Shown piece by piece: positions 60,725 through 64,000 of a DNA stretch of 64,000 bases (position 1 is the first letter of the stretch; every line of letters starts with the position of its first letter). The stretch comes from Spirochaetia bacterium (GTDB lineage Bacteria > Spirochaetota > Spirochaetia > CADAEX01): NCBI GenBank assembly GCA_963662265.2, contig CAXXHA010000013.1, positions 1 through 64,000 of the forward strand, written 5' to 3'. Made by a program: the position numbers and the translations under genes. Below the pieces are notes generated by a model. It saw nothing but the letters and a program-made list of their open reading frames with translations. It made no database searches and was not told the DNA's origin.

Positions 60725-60890
60725 GAAAACAGGACGTTTTCATGCCGGACCCAGCCAGGATGGCGGATAGGGCCGGCGAGAAACAGGACGTTTTCCCCCC
60801 TGAAGGGGACGATGATGCCGGGCCCAGCCAGGACGGCGGATAGGGCCGGCGACAAAACAGGACTTTTGTATGCCGGGGCCAGCCATGGAT
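60725..60890 (+). repeat. GC-rich array of AGGA-loop hairpins (CsrB-like / REP-like)
   Basis: Three AAACAGGAC(G)TTTT and two GCCAGGA(T/C)GGCGGATAGGGCCGGCGA units. Confidence 0.7.
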
Positions 60891-61106
60891 ATAATACATG
60901 TCAGGGGTGCACCTGTCCCGGGAAACGATAGTGATGCAGGTTTATTTAACTGTACCGGAACAGCTGATGTTCTTTAAGGTGTTTGTGTACAGCCCTGGCG
61001 GTAAACAATAGGTTTGTCTGCCATACTGCGTGATAAAATTTCCATGCGGGATAAAATGCCCTTGTGGTATAATAAATCAGAACCTGTTTAAGATATAAAG
61101 TAGGGG

Positions 61107-62216
61107 TTGCATGTTATGATGCTGGATATTAATACAAAAATTATAAGCGGAAGAACAAAGAAAGAAGCTGTTTCTTTCAGCCTGAAGAAAAAAAGCAAAA
61201 GAATCCTTCTTGTTGCAGATCCTTCTGCAGATCAGGCGCTAATAAAAACTTTTACCGGGGATCTTTTGAGGACAGGTGCTGACTGTGTTGTTTATGATGA
61301 TATCCCTTCCAAGCCTACAAGCAGGATTATAGAAAATATTTCTGATATGATTACAAAAGGATTTATTGAAACAGTAGCTGCTGTGGGGGGGATGAAAACC
61401 CTGAATACCGCAAAAACAGCAACAGCTGCTGCAGGATGCGGAATTCCTGTAGATGATATACTTGATACCGAGAAAGTTCCACACTTTGCAAGTAATCTTG
61501 ATTATATTGAAATCCCGACATCCATGCGGAATCCTCTGATGTTTACCCCTTATGCTTCTGTTGTGGATGGACGAAACAGGAGCGTGAAATATATTGATAC
61601 AGGTATTGTTCCCTCTCTTGTTATCAGTGATCCTGATTTATGTGATTCACTTTCAGGAGTTGTCTTCAATTCTATTGTATTTGAACTTGTTCTGAGTGCT
61701 TTTGAAGGAACTGCGTCCCGTAAAAAAAGCTATTTTTCTGATTCTCTCAATAAATGTGCCCTTAACGAGATCCTCAATTCCGAGTATGGTATTAAGTCGG
61801 ACAGAGCTTCTGAGGTTGCTGTTTCTGTAAACATGGCGCAGGCATCTACCGGTCCCGGAATAGGATTTTTCCTGAGCAGTTACCTTAATTCAAGGTCTTC
61901 TGTTCCAAAAGCTGTTATTTCGGTTATATTGATGCCATGGATACTTGAATGGTATTTTAAAAGATACCCTGTTCTGATTGAGACTGTTAAATATATTATT
62001 CCCGGCAGTGAGGAAATGAACAGTGAGGATTTTCTCCAGCTTCTCAGGAAAAAGATAAGCATGAAGGGGCTTCCTCTGAGACTGTCGGAAACAGGTGTGA
62101 ATAAGGATATTTTTTCCTATGTCCTGTCGTCTCTGGAACAGCTTAATTCCTCCTGTGCACTGCCGTCGGAGATTTCCGAGGATGAGGTTTCAGAGATACT
62201 GCGGAAAGCATTTTAG
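61107..62216 (+). CDS. Iron-containing alcohol dehydrogenase-fold protein (degenerate)
   Basis: ILLVADP, VYDDI, VAAVGG, EIPT, DPDL, GLPLRLSETGV; His ligands missing. Confidence 0.75.
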   Translation: MHVMMLDINTKIISGRTKKEAVSFSLKKKSKRILLVADPSADQALIKTFTGDLLRTGADCVVYDDIPSKPTSRIIENISDMITKGFIETVAAVGGMKTLNTAKTATAAAGCGIPVDDILDTEKVPHFASNLDYIEIPTSMRNPLMFTPYASVVDGRNRSVKYIDTGIVPSLVISDPDLCDSLSGVVFNSIVFELVLSAFEGTASRKKSYFSDSLNKCALNEILNSEYGIKSDRASEVAVSVNMAQASTGPGIGFFLSSYLNSRSSVPKAVISVILMPWILEWYFKRYPVLIETVKYIIPGSEEMNSEDFLQLLRKKISMKGLPLRLSETGVNKDIFSYVLSSLEQLNSSCALPSEISEDEVSEILRKAF

Positions 62217-62233
62217 TCAGGAAGAGATTAGAT

Positions 62234-63016
62234 ATGTACTTTACACTCAGAAAGCTTAATAAAATGAATTTCCGCCTGCGGTGCGATAAAATTTCCCTGA
62301 TACTTAAAAAAGCAGAAGAAGATGTAAGCCGCGGAAGAATGCCTGATCTACCGTATATAAAATCTGTATGCGAATCTGCACTCGAAGACCTTGAAAAGCA
62401 CAGCGCTGCTGCTGTTGCAGGAGAACTTGGAAAAATAGAATCCGGCAGTATTTCTGCCAAGGAACTGCTTTTTTCCATAAACAGTATCAGGTATATTTTC
62501 CTCTCTGAAATAGGGCGGGACCCTGCTGAGTGGGATCTTGCAACATATTCCGACAAGGCAGATTCCTCTGAACGGAAAATACTGAATATAAACGTTTATC
62601 TTGATAATATCAGATCCCCTTTTAATGTCGGGTCAGTATTCAGGACAGCTGAATCTTTCTGTTTCAATAAAATATTTCTTTCTGAATTTACCCCTTCTCC
62701 TGAACAGAACAGAGCCAGAAGAAGTTCGATGGGGACATCCGAGATTGTTGACTGGGAAAGATCTGATGTCAGGTCTCTTCCGGGCCCGGTCTTTGCACTT
62801 GAGCTTGGTGGTGATCCTGTCGGGGATTTTAATTTCCCGGAATCCGGGACTGTTGTGATCGGGTCTGAAGAGCTTGGAGTAAGCCCTGAAGCAATGAGCA
62901 GGGCTGCGAGCGAGGGGGGGGTTGTCACAATTCCGCTTTACGGACTCAAGTCATCTGTAAACGTAGGGGTTGCTTTTGGAATACTTGCCCATAACTGGGT
63001 ATCCCGGGTAATCTGA
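62234..63016 (+). CDS. TrmH/SpoU family RNA methyltransferase
   Basis: LDNIRSPFNVGSVFRTA, GSEELGV, IPLYGLKSSVNVGVA. Confidence 0.9.
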   Translation: MYFTLRKLNKMNFRLRCDKISLILKKAEEDVSRGRMPDLPYIKSVCESALEDLEKHSAAAVAGELGKIESGSISAKELLFSINSIRYIFLSEIGRDPAEWDLATYSDKADSSERKILNINVYLDNIRSPFNVGSVFRTAESFCFNKIFLSEFTPSPEQNRARRSSMGTSEIVDWERSDVRSLPGPVFALELGGDPVGDFNFPESGTVVIGSEELGVSPEAMSRAASEGGVVTIPLYGLKSSVNVGVAFGILAHNWVSRVI

Positions 63017-63247
63017 TATACTGTTTCGGGAATATGGCGATATTGAATCAGTGCCGGACATAAAGTACTCCGATGTAACTGAATAACCTGAACAGCATGC
63101 TGTCAATATCAAACCAGTGCCGTATCCTGGATACTTACAGAGTATTAAAAAATTGAATGATTATTATTTCTTTCTCAAGAAAATATAAAAAAGAAACCCC
63201 GGCAATAAACCGGGGCCTGTTTTATTTATATTCAGATGCTGTCAATA

Positions 63248-64000
63248 TTACTGGATTTCTGCATTCTGCTTTTCAAAAGCTTCCGCAAGTCTTTCACGTA
63301 TAATATTAAGCTGATCTTCTGTTCTTATTTTGAATTTTCTCAGTATATCTTTTGATATCTGCTCGAAAACTATCTCATCTGATTCAAGATTTGCTATCAC
63401 ATTTGCGAGATAAATTGCCTCGACTGTTCCCTTCATTTCCGGGCTTGCGAGATGAGGTTCATGGTGATATTTTATCGCTTCAATCAGCTGGTCAGGGAAA
63501 TTCCATTTTTCAGCAATTAAAGCTCCTATTTCGGCATGGTTGAGTCCCGCGGAAAGGTCTTCGAAAAGATCCCTGTCAATTTCCCTTTCCCTGCACAGTG
63601 CTGAAATCTTTTCAAGCAGAACAGGATGAGCATTGAAAAATATAATCTTTCCTATGTCATGGAGAATCCCGCCGACATATACATCATCCAGTATATCCTT
63701 GCTGTTGACCAGATATGTTTTTGCAAGGTTGTATGCATAGAATGCTGTCCTGTTTGCATGGTCCCAATGTTCCTTGAGAGCTTTCTTGAGTATTTTCTGT
63801 GTTCCGTAGGAATAGAGCAGTGTTTTGAGGCCCCGGAGGCCTACCATTTTAACTGCTTCGGCAATATTATCAACTTTCTTTGCAAGCATAAACTGCGCAG
63901 AGTTGACAAGTTTAAGAAGGTCTGCAGTCAGAGATATATCCATTGCTATGTGTTTTGCAATATCTGCTATTTCTGATTCAGGGTCATCAATCATTTTCTG
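63248..64000 (-). CDS. HDOD/HD domain protein, 5' end outside window
   Basis: LLKLVNSA, GILHDIGK, HAEIGALIAEKWNFP, YHH. Confidence 0.88.
   Translation of the reverse strand, partial: QKMIDDPESEIADIAKHIAMDISLTADLLKLVNSAQFMLAKKVDNIAEAVKMVGLRGLKTLLYSYGTQKILKKALKEHWDHANRTAFYAYNLAKTYLVNSKDILDDVYVGGILHDIGKIIFFNAHPVLLEKISALCREREIDRDLFEDLSAGLNHAEIGALIAEKWNFPDQLIEAIKYHHEPHLASPEMKGTVEAIYLANVIANLESDEIVFEQISKDILRKFKIRTEDQLNIIRERLAEAFEKQNAEIQ

Noticed and set aside
60725-60890. Possible mini-CRISPR or short ORFs 60655-60931
   Set aside because: Repeats are irregular with no unique equal-length spacers; the ORFs are low-complexity translations of the repeat.

Overview
AT-rich bacterial chromosome segment, most likely from an anaerobic free-living spirochaete (Spirochaetia). 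That assignment is inferred from the E-C-A-B-D-I-K V-ATPase operon and the spirochaete-like flgM, HDOD and hypothetical genes. In order, the window holds: a GH130 glycosidase (truncated), amino-acid ABC permeases with a binding protein, a CaCA antiporter, a V-type ATPase operon with a Na+-site signature, a PTS-IIA/CBS + ArsB/NhaD pair, nadE, two tandem MCPs, gltA, a phosphate-transport/sigma-54 region carrying five +1 frameshifts, an ABC-F gene, GH2, a menA/ndh/polyprenyl synthase cluster, nitroreductases, rsmI, flgM, TrmH and HDOD. There are two main candidate novel systems. (1) A Listeria-EET-like quinone/flavin locus whose Ndh carries four tandem flavinylation-like DxxTAAT motifs, next to a secreted DAVSGAS protein. 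(2) An apparently highly expressed pair of catalytically rewired citrate-synthase-fold proteins with a SauS-like acylating aldehyde dehydrogenase, preceded by a LysR-type box that recurs at gltA and at the phosphate-transport locus. Also notable are CsrB-like AGGA-loop hairpin arrays, an MRR micro-uORF attenuator upstream of the ABC-F gene and a 12-bp VNTR. No rRNA, tRNA, CRISPR array or IS element was recognised. All functional calls come from motif recognition by eye; no searches were run.
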